Shown piece after piece: positions 24,850 through 37,732 of a stretch of 60,000 nt of DNA; the stretch's first letter is position 1; each line of letters begins with the position of its first letter. Where the stretch lies: NCBI RefSeq assembly GCF_963921235.1, contig NC_086108.1, positions 32,180,001-32,240,000 on the forward strand, given 5' to 3'. The DNA comes from Mobula hypostoma. Taxonomy: Eukaryota. A program made the position numbers and the translations under genes. Below the pieces are notes generated by a model. It was given only the letters and a program-made list of their open reading frames with translations, was not told the origin of the DNA and ran no database searches.

Positions 24850-26890
24850 ATATCTGAGAGAACAAGAGTATAAAAGCAAGGATGCAATGCTGGGGCTTTA
24901 CAAGGCATTGGTCAATTTGTATTTAGAGCACTGTGGGCAGTTTTGGGTCCCTTATCAAAGAAAGGTTGTGCAAGCATTGGAGAGGATCCAGAGGAGGTTC
25001 ACGGGAATGACCCCAAGAATGTAACCCAGTTAACATATCAGGAGCACTTGATGGCTCTGGACCTGTAGTCAGTGGAGTTTAGTGGAGAAATTAATTGAAA
25101 CAAATCAAATATTGAAAGGCCAAGGTAATGTGGACATGGAGAAGATGTTCACTTAGTGGAGGTGTATAGGTCCAGAGGGCACAGTCTCAGCCCCTTTATA
25201 ATAGAGACGAGTAGGAATTTCTTTAGTCAGAAACATAGAAACATAGAAAATAGGTGCAGGAGTAGGCCATTCGGCCCTTCCAGCCTGCACCGCCATTCAG
25301 TATGATCATGGCTGATCTTCCAACTCAGAACCCTGCACCTGCCTTCTCTCCATACCCCCTGATCCCTTTAGCCACAAGGGCCATATCTAACTCCCTCTTA
25401 AATATAGCCAATGAACTGGCCTCAACTGTTTCCTGTGGCAGAGAATTCCACAGATTCACCACTCTGTGTGAAGAAGTTTTTCCTCATCTCGGTCCTAAAA
25501 GGCTTCCCTTTTATCCTTAAACTGTGAGCCCTCGTTCTGGACTTTCCCAACATCGGGAACAATCTTCCTGCATCTAGCCTGTCCAATCCCTTTAGGATTT
25601 TATACGTTTCAATAAAATCCCACCTCAATCTTTTAACTTTCAACGAGTATAAGCCTAGCCGATCCAGTCTTTCATCATATGAAAGTCCTGCCATCCCAGG
25701 AATCAATCTGGTGAACCTTCTTTGTACTCCCTCTATGGCAAGAATGTCTTTCCTCAGATTAGGGGACCAAAACTGCACACAACAGTCCAGGTGTGGTCTC
25801 ACCAAGGCCTTGTACAACTGCAGTAGTACCTCCCTGCTCCTGTACTCAAATTCTCTTGCTATGAATGCCAGCGTACCATTCGCCTTTTTCACCGCCTGCT
25901 GTACCTGCATGCCCACTTTCAATGACTGGTGTATAATGACACCCAGGTCTCGTTGCACCTCCCCTTTTCCTAATCGGCAACCATTCAGATAATAATCTGT
26001 TTTCCTGTTTTTGCCACCAAAGTGGATAACCTCACATTTATCCACATTAAATTGCATCTGCCATGAATTTGCCCACTCACCTAACCTATCCAAGTCACCC
26101 TGCATCCTCTTAGCATCCTCCTCACAGCTAACACTGCCGCCCAGCTTCGTGTCATCCGCAAACTTGGACAGGCTGCATTTAATTTCCTCATCTAAGTCAT
26201 TAATATATATTGTAAACAACTGGGGTCCCAGCACTGAGCCTTGCAGTACCCCACTCGTCACTGCCTGCCATTCTGAAAAGGTCCCGTTTATTCCCACTCT
26301 TTGCTTCCTGTCTGCCAACCGATTCTCTATCCACATCAATACCATACCCCCAATACCGTGTGCTTTAAGTTTGCACACCAATCTCCTGTGTGGGACCCTG
26401 TCAAAAGCCTTTTGAAACTCCAAATATACCACATCCACTGGTTCTCCCCTATCCACTCTACTAGTTACATTCTAAAAAAATTCTATGAGATTCGTCAGAC
26501 ATTTCCTTTCACAAATCCATGCTGACTTTGTCCGATGATTTCACCTCTTTCCAAATGTGCTGTTATCACATCTTTGATAACTGACTCTAGCATTTTCCCC
26601 ACCACCGATGTTAGGCTAACCGGTCTATAATTCCCCGGTTTCTCTCTCCCTCCTTTTTTAAAAAGTGCCCCCATGGGGTAGAATCTGTGGAATTCATTGT
26701 AACGGACAGCTGAGGAGGCTAAATTGGGTGCATTTAAAGGGAGGTTAATAAATTCTTGATTTGTAAGGGTGTCAAGCATTCCAGAGAGAAGGCAGGAGAA
26801 TAATGTTGAGTTGGATAATAAACCAGCCATGATGGAATAATGGAGAAGACTTGATGGGGCAAATTCTGCTCCTATGTCTTATGGTCTCAT
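24850..26890 (+). mobile_element. CR1 3' fragment, split by an antisense CR1
   Basis: YKSKDAMLGLYKALV...RRFTGM; resumes at ~26675 (gaatctgtggaattc) and ends cctatgtcttatggtc. Confidence 0.75.
25231..26667 (-). mobile_element. Young CR1 LINE, 5'-truncated, RT ORF largely open
   Basis: ORF 25422-26456 with QGSVLGP, FADDTK and C-terminal LGLYSL; (ttctatgt)n tail. Confidence 0.93.
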
Positions 26891-26894
26891 TTTT

Positions 26895-27420
26895 CTGCGC
26901 TACGGTGATAAATCTAACTTATTCCAACCATTTCCTATAACTCCTCAAATCCCAGCAACATCTTTGTAAATTTTCTCTGCACTCTTTACAGCTTATGGAT
27001 ACATTTCCGGCAGGATGGTGACCAGAACTGCACACAATACTCCAAGTTTAGTCTCACCAATATCTTAAACAACTTCAATATAATTATTGAAGGGAAATGT
27101 GCCAAAAGCTCTCTTTATGATCCCATCTACTTCCGATCCCACTTTCAAGTAATTGTGGATCTGTATTCCCTTTGCTCTAATCCACACCTCAGTGCACTGT
27201 CACTGAGCATATCTTACTCTGATCTGCCAATGTGCAAGACCTTACATTTGTCTATATTAAATTCCTTCCGCCATTTTCCAGACCACTTTCCCAGCTGATC
27301 CAAATCAGTCTGCAAGCTAAAGTCCGCGCTGTCCACTACACCCCAATCTTGGGGTCATCTCCAAACCTGCTTATCCAGTTTACCACACTATCATCTAAAT
27401 AATTAATATATATGTTAAAC
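26895..27420 (-). mobile_element. Degenerate CR1 RT fragment
   Basis: ccagaactgcacacaatactcc and gtccactacaccccaatcttggggtcatct are antisense CR1 motifs. Confidence 0.65.
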
Positions 27421-27661
27421 ATTTGACAAATTCTATTCCATCTAGTCCTTTTACAGTATGAAGTCCCAGTCAGAATGTTGAAAGTTAAAAATCACCAACT
27501 TTCACAACCTTGTATTTTGTGCAACAGTCTGCTACCTCTTCACAAATTTGCCCCCTTAAACCCCGCTGACTATTGAAAGAACTGTAATATAGTCCCATTA
27601 ATGTGGTCCATCCCATTTTTTTTTATTATTCCTCAGTTCCACCCAAACTGCCTCAGTAGAT

Positions 27662-28012
27662 AAGCCCAGCAGGCCAGGCAGCATCTCTAGGAAGAGGTAT
27701 AGTCAACGTTTCGGGCTGAGACCCTTTGTCAGGACTAACTGAAAGAAGGGGTAGTAAGAGATTTGAAAGTGGGAGGGGGAGGGAGAGATCCGAAATGATA
27801 GAAGAAGACAGGAGGGGGAGGGATGGAGCCAAGAGCTGGACAGTTGATTGGCAAAAGGGATATGAGTGGATCATGGAACAAGAGGCTCAGGGAGAAGGAA
27901 AAGGGGGAGGGGGGAAGCCCAGATGATGGGCAAGGGGTATAGTGAGAGGGACAGAGGGAGAAAAAGGAGAGAGAGAAAAAGAAAGTGTGTATATAAATAA
28001 ATAATGGATGGG
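27662..28012 (-). mobile_element. Penelope-like terminal repeat with degenerate hammerhead
   Basis: Minus strand tagtc-CTGACAA-agggtctcagccc-GAAA-cg-TT-gacta (27737-27700). Confidence 0.72.
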
Positions 28013-28084
28013 GCTCTTATAATCTTATAAAGGGGTTACATAGGATCAGTAGATGTAGAATTCTATAGGTAGAGTTATGAAACT

Positions 28085-30890
28085 AAGGGATAAAAGACCC
28101 TAATGGAAATTGTATACAAACCTCCGAGCAGTAGCTAGGATGTGGGGTACAAATTCCAACAGGACATAGAAAAGAAATGTAAAATGTTATGTTATGGGGG
28201 ATTTCAATATGCAGGCCGAACAGGGAAAAAGCAGTTGGTGCTGAATTCCACGAGAGGGAATTTGTAGAATGCCTACAAGATGGCTTTTTAGAGCAGCCTG
28301 TGGTTGACCCCACCAGGGAAAAGGCAATTCTGGATTGGGTGTTATGCAATGAACTAGATTTGATTAGGGAACTTAAGGTAAAAGAACCTTTGGAAGACAG
28401 TAATCAGAATAAGATAGAATTCAGTCTGCAGTTTGAGAGGGAGAAGCTAAAATCAGATGCATCAGTATTCCAGTGGAGTAAAGAGGACTGGTCCTTCAGG
28501 TTCAGGGGTTCAACCCTGATTAGCAAAACAAAATTGTTTTGGAAACAGGAATGAAGAATTCTTCTACATCTGCATGCACCAGCATTCCAGAGTCTCCACC
28601 TGGGACTTACAGGACTGACAATCGTGAAAACCAAGAGGAAACTACTGACACGATGAACGAAGCCCTGAACACCGCCAGAGATGGAGGAACTTCATTGTTG
28701 CCCTAAAAACAGCGAAGTAACAGGAAGTAGGTAGCAAAGAAAATGGCAGAGGCATGAGCTGGCCAAATTTGTTTGGAAGAGAACACTAGCACGGATGACG
28801 ATGACAACAGAACAGCAATGGCTGGAGGTCGTGGGAGAGTTCAAAACTGCAGGATAGATTCATCCCAAAGAAATGTTTTAAAGGGAGGAACAGCCACCCA
28901 TGGCAGACAAGGTAAGTCAAAGACAGCATAAAAGCAAAAGAGAGGGCATATAAAATAGCAAAAATTAGTGGATAGCTAGTGGGAATTTAGAGGACTAGGA
29001 AGTTTTAAAAACCAACAGAAGGCAACTAAAAACGCAATAAGGAGAGAAAATATGAAATATGAAGATAAGCTAGCCAGTAACAAAAGAAAATAACAAAAGC
29101 TTTTTCAGATTCATAAAGAGTAAAAGAGAGGCAAGAGTGGATATCGGACCACTGGAAAATGACATCAGAGAAGTCATAATGGGGAACAAAGAAGTGGCAG
29201 ATGAACTCAAAGTATTTTGCAACATTCTTCACTATGGAATACACAGGCAGTATGCCAGACATTCAAAAGTGTCAAGAGGCAGAAGTGAGTATAGTTATTA
29301 TTATAAAGGAGAAGGTGCTTGGGAAGCTGAAAGGTCTTAAGGTAGATGAGTCACTTGGACCAGATTGACTACACTCCAGGGTTCTGAAAGACATATCTGA
29401 CGAGATTGTGGAGGCAATAATAGTGATCTTTCAAGAATCATTAGATTCCAGAATGGTTCCAGAGGACTGGAAAATTGCAAATGTCACTACACTCTTCAAG
29501 AAAGAAGGGCGGTAATAGATGGGAAATTATATTTAGTCCATCTTCAGTGGTTGGACGTCCATTATAAAAGATGAGGAAGATGTTGGAGTCCATTATAAAG
29601 GATGAGGTTTCAAGGTATTTGGAGGCACATGATAAAATAGGCCGAAGTCACCATGGTTCCCCTTAGGGGAAATGTTGCCTGACAAATATCTTGAAATTCT
29701 TTAAGGAAATAACAGGCAGGATAAACAAAGAACCAGTGAATGTTACTTACTTGGATTTTCAGAAGGCCTTTCAACAAGGTGCCGCACATGAGGCTGCAAA
29801 ACAAGCTAAGAGCCCGTGATATTACGGGAAAGATACTAACATGGACAGAATATTGGCTGACTGGTAGGAGCCAAAGAAGGGGAATAATGGAGTTCTTTCC
29901 TGGTTGGTTGCTGGTGAGTCATGGTGTTCCCCAGGGATTGATACAGCGACCAGTTCTTCTAACATTTTATGTTAATAATATTGATGATGGAATGGATGGT
30001 TTTGTAGCCAAGTTTGTGAATGATACAGATATAGGTGGAAGAGCAGGTAGCGTTGAGGAAGCAGGGAACCCGCAGAAGAGCTCAGTCAAATTAGGAAAAT
30101 GGGCAAAGAAGTGGCAGATGGAATACAGTGTAGGGAGGTGTAAGGTCATGCACTTTGGTAGAAGGAATATAGGCGCAGGCTGTTTTCTAAATGGAGAGTA
30201 AATTCAGAGATTAGAGATGCAAAGAGCCTTGGGAGTCCTTGGGCAGGGTTCCTTAAAAGTTAACTTGCAAGCTAAGTAGATGGAAAAGAAGGTATATGCA
30301 ATGTCAAAATTTATTTCAAGAGGATTAGAATGTACAAGCAAGTATACAATGCTAAGGCATTATAAGGCATTGGGCAGACCACACTTGGGTGTACTGTGAG
30401 TAGTTTGGGCCCCCTATCTAAGAAAGAATGTGCTGTCATTGGAGACAGTCCAGATGAGGTTCATGAGGATGATCCTGGAATTAAAGGATTAACATAATAG
30501 TATCATTCGATGGTTCTGGATCTGTACTCTAAGGTGGTGGGAGGTAGGATCTCATTGAAACCTATTGAATATTGAAAGGCCTAGACAGGCTGGGCGTGGA
30601 GATGATGTTTGCTATAGCAAGCAAGTCCAGAACCAGAGGGCACCAAAATAGAACAGAGATGAGAAGGAATTTCTATAGCTAGAGGGTGGTGAATCTGTGG
30701 AATTCACTGCCGCAAACGACTGTGGAGGCTAAGTTATTGGGTATATTGAACAGAGATTGATAGGTTCTTGATTAGTAAAGGCGTCAAAGGTTAACGAGAG
30801 AATGGGAGGATAATAAATCAACCATGATGGAATGGTGGAACAAACTCAACAGGCCAAATGGCCTAATTCTGCTACTGTGTCTTATGACGT
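28085..30890 (+). mobile_element. Degenerate CR1 ORF2 (APE end plus RT) and 3' end
   Basis: FVECLQDGFLEQPVVDPTREKAILDWVLCN; FNKVPH; KWQMEY. Confidence 0.88.
28485..28735 (+). mobile_element. Short RTE-derived insert within CR1
   Basis: RTE 5'UTR-like ctggtccttcaggttcagggg joined to an RTE 3'-like RQRWRNFIVAL segment; interrupts CR1 colinearity. Confidence 0.5.
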
Positions 30891-32302
30891 ACTATCAGTG
30901 GAACACCATACTACCAAGGTCAATGTTATTTCCAGATTTATCTATTTTAAATGAAAATGAGCACAAAAAGAAAGATCAACCAGTTGGGCAGCATCTGGGA
31001 AGGAAGCACACCCTTAGAAGTTAACCTTGACCTATGGAGCATAAAGACACTGAAAGGCAAAATTAAACTCTTCATGAAACCTATACAAGGAAAGTGCCTT
31101 TCATCAGTAAGTGTTTCTACTACTTGAGAACCGCACTGATCCTTCTGTGTCCATGAAACTAATGTCTACATTCAAGTTTAAAAGTTCAGGTTCACATCAG
31201 TCAGCCACAAACAAGTTTGATAATGTTTATCAAGCTGAACTTCAGGCTTTCAGTCATCTGTTGACAGATGTTCTCAACAACTGATTTAAAATGTCCATCA
31301 TGTTTCAAAGCATTGCATTTCAGCAGCAAGATAAAGCCTTCCAATTTTAAGGTTGTTGGGTTTCCCAAGGTCTATACAATAATAGTACCTGAAGAACTTT
31401 TTCAACTCCTAAAGAAAACCTATCACCACCGTCAAATTTCTGTATGTGATGGCATCCTACTTAAGGATACTGTATACCAGAAAATGATGGACAAAAGCTT
31501 CAAAATTCTGCTTTCTCTTAGTTCAAAGTTATTGAAACAAATAGCTTGTAGGCATAAACATTATCCCTTACTTTCACAGAATTTGAAGTAGAAAAGTGGT
31601 TTCACTATTTGCATTGGTAGGCAAGAGACAGGATATGAATGAACGCTATTTCGCTGTAGGGTCCTGTACTTTACTCAACTCAGCTGAAGAATTCTGAATT
31701 TTAATACACAATCAACTTGGGCATTCTCAATTACTGTTGAAAGGGTATCTAACATATTTTCATTAAATGACTCAATTTTCAGTAATATCGCATTTCGATG
31801 ACCAGAGTTCCATTTCATTTTTCCCACTTTCAAAGGACTGTTTTCCCAATCCAGTATCTTCTAGATCAAAACAAGTTATTTTAACCTCCTACTTAATATA
31901 GTATTAATTCTATAATTAATGGCACCTAACGGCAACTCCTTTACTTGCATCTTCAAAAACAGCTTTATTTCCATCATTAATATCTCTATTTTTCCCTTTC
32001 AGGGTTCCTTTGAAGGCCCTGATATAGAGTTACGCACTGACTATGGCTCTTTGCAGGAATGGGACCTGCTCTCAGGGTTTCATGACTGGCCGTTATCCGG
32101 CATGCCAAGGGCTCAGCTCGCCTTCGGAGGACTAAGATCTCATGGTTCTGGAGAAAGGCGGATCGAAGGTCGGTGTCACAGCAGGAGATCGGTATGTCAT
32201 CAGGGGATTTGGAAGTGTTACGAATTGTAACGTTTTAGAAACGAACCAGCAGCAAGAGATTTCATACTGAGTCAGCTTTTAATGTTAAAACCACTATCTT
32301 TA

Positions 32303-33623
32303 GGCATTGACGGCCCACATGATGAAAACCCTGGACAGACTTGTTCTGGAGCTGCTCCGGCCTATGGTCAGGCCACACTTGGATCCCCTCCAGTTCGCCT
32401 ACCAGCCCCGACTAGGAGTTGAGGATGCCATCGTCTACCTGCTGAACCGTGTTTACGCCCACCTGGACAAGCCAGTGAGCACTGTGAGGGTCATGTTTTT
32501 TGACTTCTCCAGTGCGTTCAACACCATCCGCCCTGCTCTGCTGGGGGAGAAGCTGACAGCGATGCAGGTGGATGCTTCCCTGGTATCATGGATTCTTGAT
32601 TACCTGACTGGCAGACCACAGTACGTGTGCTTGCAACACTGTGTGTCCAACAGAGTGATCAGCAGCACTGGGGCTCCACAGGGGACTGTCTTATCTCCCT
32701 TTCTCTTCACCATTTACACCTCGGACTTCAACTACTGCACAGAGTATTGTCATCTTCAGAGTTTTCGGATGACTCTGCCATAGCTGGATGCATCAGCAAG
32801 GGAGATGAGGCTGAGTGCAGGGCTACGGTAGGAGACTTTGTCACATGGTGTGAGCAGAATTATCTGCAGCTTCATGTGAAAAAGACTAAGGAGCTGGTGG
32901 TAGACCTCAGGAGAGCTAAGGTACCAGCGACCTCTGTTTCCATCCAGGGGGTCAGTGTGGACATGGTGGAGGATTACAAATACCTGGGGATACGAACTGA
33001 CAATAAACTGGACTGGTCAGAGAACACCAAGGCTGTCTACAAGAAGGGTCAGAGCCATCTCTATTTCCTGAGGAGACTGAGGTCCTTTAACATCTGCCGG
33101 ACGATGCTGAGGATGTTCTACAAGTCTGTGGTGGCCAGTGCTATCATGTTTGCTGTTGTGTGCTGGGGCAGCAGGCTGAGGGTAGCAGACACCAACAGAA
33201 TCAACAAACTCATTCGTAAGGCCAGTGATGTTGTGGGGATGGAACTGGACTCCCTGACGATGGTGTCTGAAAAGAGGATACTGTCCAAGTTGCATGCCAT
33301 CTTGGACAATGTCTCCCATCCACTACATAATGTACTGGGTGGGCACAGGAGTACATTCAGCCAGTGACTCATTCCACCGAGATGCAACACAGAGCATCAT
33401 AGGAAGTTATTCCTGCCTGTGGCCATCGAACTTTACAACTCCTCCCTTGGCATGTCAGACACCCTGAGCCAATAGGCTGGTCCTGGATTTATTTCATAAT
33501 TTACTGGCATAATTTACATATTACTATTTAACTATTTATGGTTTTATTATTATTTATTATTTATGGCGAAACTGTAACGAAAACCAAATTCCCCCGGGAT
33601 CAATAAATTACGACTATGACTAC
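32303..33623 (+). mobile_element. Rex1/Babar-like LINE RT, 5'-truncated, frameshifted
   Basis: LDPLQFAYQ, FFDFSSAFNTI, GAPQGTVLSPFLF, FSDDSAI; (gactat)n tail. Confidence 0.92.
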
Positions 33624-34193
33624 CACGATAAGCAAAAGTTAACAGTGTTATGTGTACATATGTGTGTAAATATAGCTCCCAAATTATCGAGCTTTGGGAA
33701 ACAAGTTTTAGAGTCTTGAGATGGTAAAGTAGGAAGGTTCAGTCATCCATGTGACAAACCATGGGAGAGGGTTTTTTTTGTAATCCACGCTGTACAGTAG
33801 AGAAAAGGTAAGTACGAAGTATTCCACAGGTTCCACGTGAGGTAAATAAAGTGATAGTCGCCAAAGATCCTGTCCGTAGAATCTGTTCACATATGAATTA
33901 TCACCAAAAGTGACCTGTCATAGGAATATCGTCTTTGAGTAGTTACCACACGACATACCCAGGCAAGGGTTAACACAAGTGGAACCACAGGATATCCCTA
34001 AAATCCACCCCTATGGATTATACGAGGTGACAGTCACACATTCGTTGTGCCCAGTATCGTCAATTAATCTAATCTTTTGGGTAATGGGAAAGCTTTAGAC
34101 TTCACCCATTCTGGAGCAAACTTGCCCCAGCAGTTCGTAATTCCAAGCCTTGTGAAGACTGCGAGAGTAGCTGTTCTTGTTTTTCTTTTTTTT

Positions 34194-34224
34194 TCTCTCT
34201 CTCTCTCTCTCTCTCCCCCCCCCG

Positions 34225-34280
<56 letters not shown>
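34194..34280. repeat. Compound (CT)n-(C)n-(CA)n microsatellite inside the LTR
   Basis: Directly visible in the sequence. Confidence 0.95.
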
Positions 34281-34282
<2 letters not shown>

Positions 34283-35050
34283 CAGGCTGCCACAGCCTGT
34301 GTCTGACATCATAGTCCCGCCTCACCCAGGCGCTCTTAAAGTAACACTCACAGTCCAACCACAGGCTCGTAACAGAAGATCTACGGCTGTGTGCCCAGAC
34401 ACCAGAGACCTTTGGGCACAGAGCTTGGAAAAAGCAATGCAACAGACTTTTAACATCATAAACTAGCAAGTTGTTTGTTATGTCACCCCCCCACCCCCGC
34501 TCTGAAACGGAGACATCTCTTTCACCCTTATTAGGAAGACAGAGAGCCTGTGGTATGTCGAATACCGGGGAACAAGTAATCTTTGGGTAACTGCAAGTCT
34601 GTGTCTTTGCTGTTGCTTTGTTCACACTTGAGTACTCAATGGCAGGTGCCAATGCTTTTTTTTGCTGGTGGAGGGGGGGAGGGGGAATTGTTGCTTGCTG
34701 CTGCTTACGCACGGGAGGGAGGAGAGCTGGAGAAGACTTCCGTGTTCCAGTATTTAACTGTCATTCATTCTTTAGGAGCACTCCTCTGTTTTTCGTGGAT
34801 GGTTGTGAAAAAGCATTTCAGGATGTATATTGTATATGTTTCTCTGACATTAAGCATACCTTTGAAACCTTTGAATTGCCTCAGCCAACAGCAGACAGAC
34901 GTATTCTTGCCTGTGTATGTGGACAAGGCACAAATAAATAATGGAAAAAGGAAAGGGCATCCTAATCATTACACAACATGGCAGCTCCACAGGTGGTCAC
35001 ACATTGTTCTTTTTCTCCTAATTCTTCCTTTAATCCAAAGAAATGCCAAA

Positions 35051-36579
35051 CTGCACTGTGCAAATATCTTAGACACACTAGGTTTGGTATATAAATTTTG
35101 TTTTGGATGTTTTTTTTGGTCTTCTGCATTAGTGTGTCAGTAGAAAACAGCAAGTTTTAGATTTCTAAGCACTAATTTTCCACAAAATTAAATGTTAGAG
35201 AATTTTTCGTATGTTATTAAAGAAAGTAACATTAAGTAATAGACTACTTTTCAAAACAAAACTACTTTGTTGGTATACAGCGTAGTACATGATTAAACAA
35301 AGACAACAAATGGATCGATGGCATAATGAGTTGAATAAGCTGACCTGATTCACTGAAAATGAAACAGGTGTAGAAGGAGTCAAACTGAGCAACCAAACCT
35401 AAAAGGTGAGGTTGTGGCAGATATGACAGTTTAACCTTCAAATCATCAATTATAACATCATGGCAGGAGTGAGCATAGCAACAAAACACAAGGTGATCAC
35501 TCTACATGAGCAAGGTCTCTCCCAAGCAGAAATATCACGGAAGAACGGAGTTTCAAAATGTACTATCCAAAGTTTTCTGAAGAAGCACAAACAAACAGGC
35601 AAGATTGAGGACCAGAAATGCAGTAGTCGGCCATGGAAACTTACTGCAGCAGACAAGAGATGCATCAAAATGACATCCTTTCTATTAATTGGAAGTATAG
35701 CAATGCAATCAACTCTGAACTCACAGAAACTACTGGAATCCAAGTACACCCCTCTACAGTCCAGAGAAGTCTGGTCAGAAGTGGTCTTCATGGAAGAGTT
35801 GCTGCCAAAAAGCCATTCCTCCAAATTAGAAACAAAGCCAAGAGACTCACCTACGCACAAAAACACAAGGACTGGAGTGCTGAACAATGGCAGTAAGTGC
35901 TCTGGAATAACGAGTCAAAATTTGAAACTTTAGCTCAAACAGAAGGCAGTTTGTCTATAGAGGAACTGGAGAGTACCACATAGATGAGCATCTGCAGCCG
36001 ACAGTGAGGCACAGCTGAGGTTCCTGCAGATTTGGGACTATATTTCTGCAAATGGAGTTGGTGATCTGAACAGAATTAACAGAATCCTCAATGATGAGAA
36101 GTACAAACAGATTCTTGTCTATCACGCAATACCATCAGAGAGGCATCTAATCTGTCCCAACTTCATTCTGCAGCAGAACAATGACACAGCCAAGGTCATA
36201 AAGAACCATCTTCAGTGAAAAGACAGGGGGATCTGCAACTGATGGTATGGCCTCCACAGAGCCTTGATCTCAATGTCAAGGCTGTCTGGGATCACCTGGA
36301 GGGTCAGAAGTGAAACAGCTACAGTCTTTAGAAGAACTGTGGCAAATTCTCCAAGATGCTTGGAACAAACTACAAGCCAATTTTCTTATAAATCGTACCT
36401 AAGAGAATTGATCCAGTTTTAAAAGGGTAGTCACACCAAATATTCATTTGATAAGTTTTTTTTTACTGATTACTGATCTTTATAATTTTTTTTGATATTT
36501 GGAAACTTTATATCATTTTTAAAAGCACCTTCACTTTATAATTTTTTAAACGTCTGCCTAATACTTTACCACAGTACTG
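35051..36579 (+). mobile_element. Tc1-like DNA transposon with decayed transposase
   Basis: Short TIRs ctgcactgtgcaaatatcttagac / tgcctaatactttaccacagtactg|TA; HTH MAGVSIATKHKVITLHEQGLSQAEISR; GLHGRVAAKKP; WPPQSLDLN. Confidence 0.88.
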
Positions 36580-37194
36580 TACACTTTACAAAAAGAAACT
36601 TATTAGAGAACTACCCCACTTTCACAACATAGCTCTTGGTAAAAAGCCTCTACTGGGTGCAGCTTATTCCGGGAGAATCTGTTTCCACCTCCAAGGACAA
36701 GAGACCACATGAATTTGATTTATTTTAAACTAAGTACAATGATAGATGGATGACATTCATCTAGCAACAAAAAGCCATCTTACTCACCAAAAATATCAGT
36801 TCTCAGATTCTCGTTTGCAGCCTACACCTTGTCTGTGATATCAGGTCATTAAAATGCAAAGTACTAACTATTCCCTCTTCTACTTCAATCAGAGCTGCAG
36901 CTTGTCCTTCCAAAGATGAATGCATTGAGTAATTCTATAGCCACAATGTAAGACAGGGATACGGTGAAAATTGCAAACAAGTTACCAAAACAATAACTTC
37001 CAATTGCCACAAATGAAAGCTGTATTTTCAAGAGTTAAACTTTAAATATACTAAATTTTAGAGATTGTGGTTACTCTGAAGACTATCTCAAAATTTGTAG
37101 ATCAGTATATTATTCTTTTAACACACTTTTTTTTCCTCCTGATCCTACAAATTTTCTATCACCTGCTGCTTTCTCTTCAATTACTGGTGAGAAG

Positions 37195-37399
37195 AAGAAG
37201 AAAGTCCTTAAGTCCAAGTGGAGTCATCGGGACACCGTCATGACAGCATTTTTTTTTAAGCAGGCTTTCTTATTTTCACGAGGCCGAGTTGCTAGCTCGA
37301 TGCTCAACACAAGACAGTTGGGGAAAGCATGCAAGGGAGCCGGCTGGATTCGAACTCCAAAGTCCCCAATGCAGATTCCACTACGCCACCAGCCGGCTG
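37195..37399 (-). mobile_element. tRNA-derived SINE with RTE-type body and tail
   Basis: A box tggcgtagtgg; B box agttcgaatcc; RTE-like gttgagcatcgagctagcaactcggcctcgt; (ttc)n tail; 14-bp TSD ttactggtgagaag. Confidence 0.85.
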
Positions 37400-37732
37400 T
37401 TACTGGTGAGAAGTGGAACCTTTTTAGGGACACTGCTTAGGGATTGGGAGGCTGTTTTCAGATCAGAGGATAAGACAACTAAGTCAACAAGAGCCATGTA
37501 CTCCCATTCCATTAGGAAAGGAAAGCCAGAGTTCTCAAAGAAAATTCACATCACCTTTGTGACACCAGGGTCATGCAGCATATGTGCAAAGGTATACAAA
37601 CCGTAACAGGTTACAAGTCCATCCTGCGCATCAACAGCAACGCTTCCCCTTCTAATAGAACACAAGACCATAAGACATAGGAGGAAAATTAGGTCCTTCA
37701 GCCCATCAAGTCTGCTCCGCCATTCCATCATG

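Larger units (their letters stand above)
32216..34374 (-). mobile_element. Solo LTR (~840 bp net) interrupted by a Rex LINE
   Basis: tgttacga...tcgtaaca termini; 4-bp TSD gaag (32212-15, 34375-78); shares a motif and U5-like end with the LTR at 20952. Confidence 0.87.
31918..34876 (+). mobile_element. Non-autonomous LINE-tailed element (host of a solo LTR)
   Basis: Starts aatggcacc and ends gcatttcaggatgtatattgtatatgtttctctgacattaa...(ctttgaaac)n. Other copies at 50008-50369 and a tail at 7375-7453. Confidence 0.65.

Noticed and set aside
34064..34712. ORFs with CVCVCV or THTHTH runs
   Set aside because: They are translations of the (CA)n microsatellite.
35460..36440. Active or domesticated Tc1 transposase
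   Set aside because: It has frameshifts, stop codons and a damaged catalytic motif.
37330..37399. tRNA gene
   Set aside because: The A/B boxes belong to a SINE head with an RTE-like tail and TSD; the anticodon arm is incomplete.
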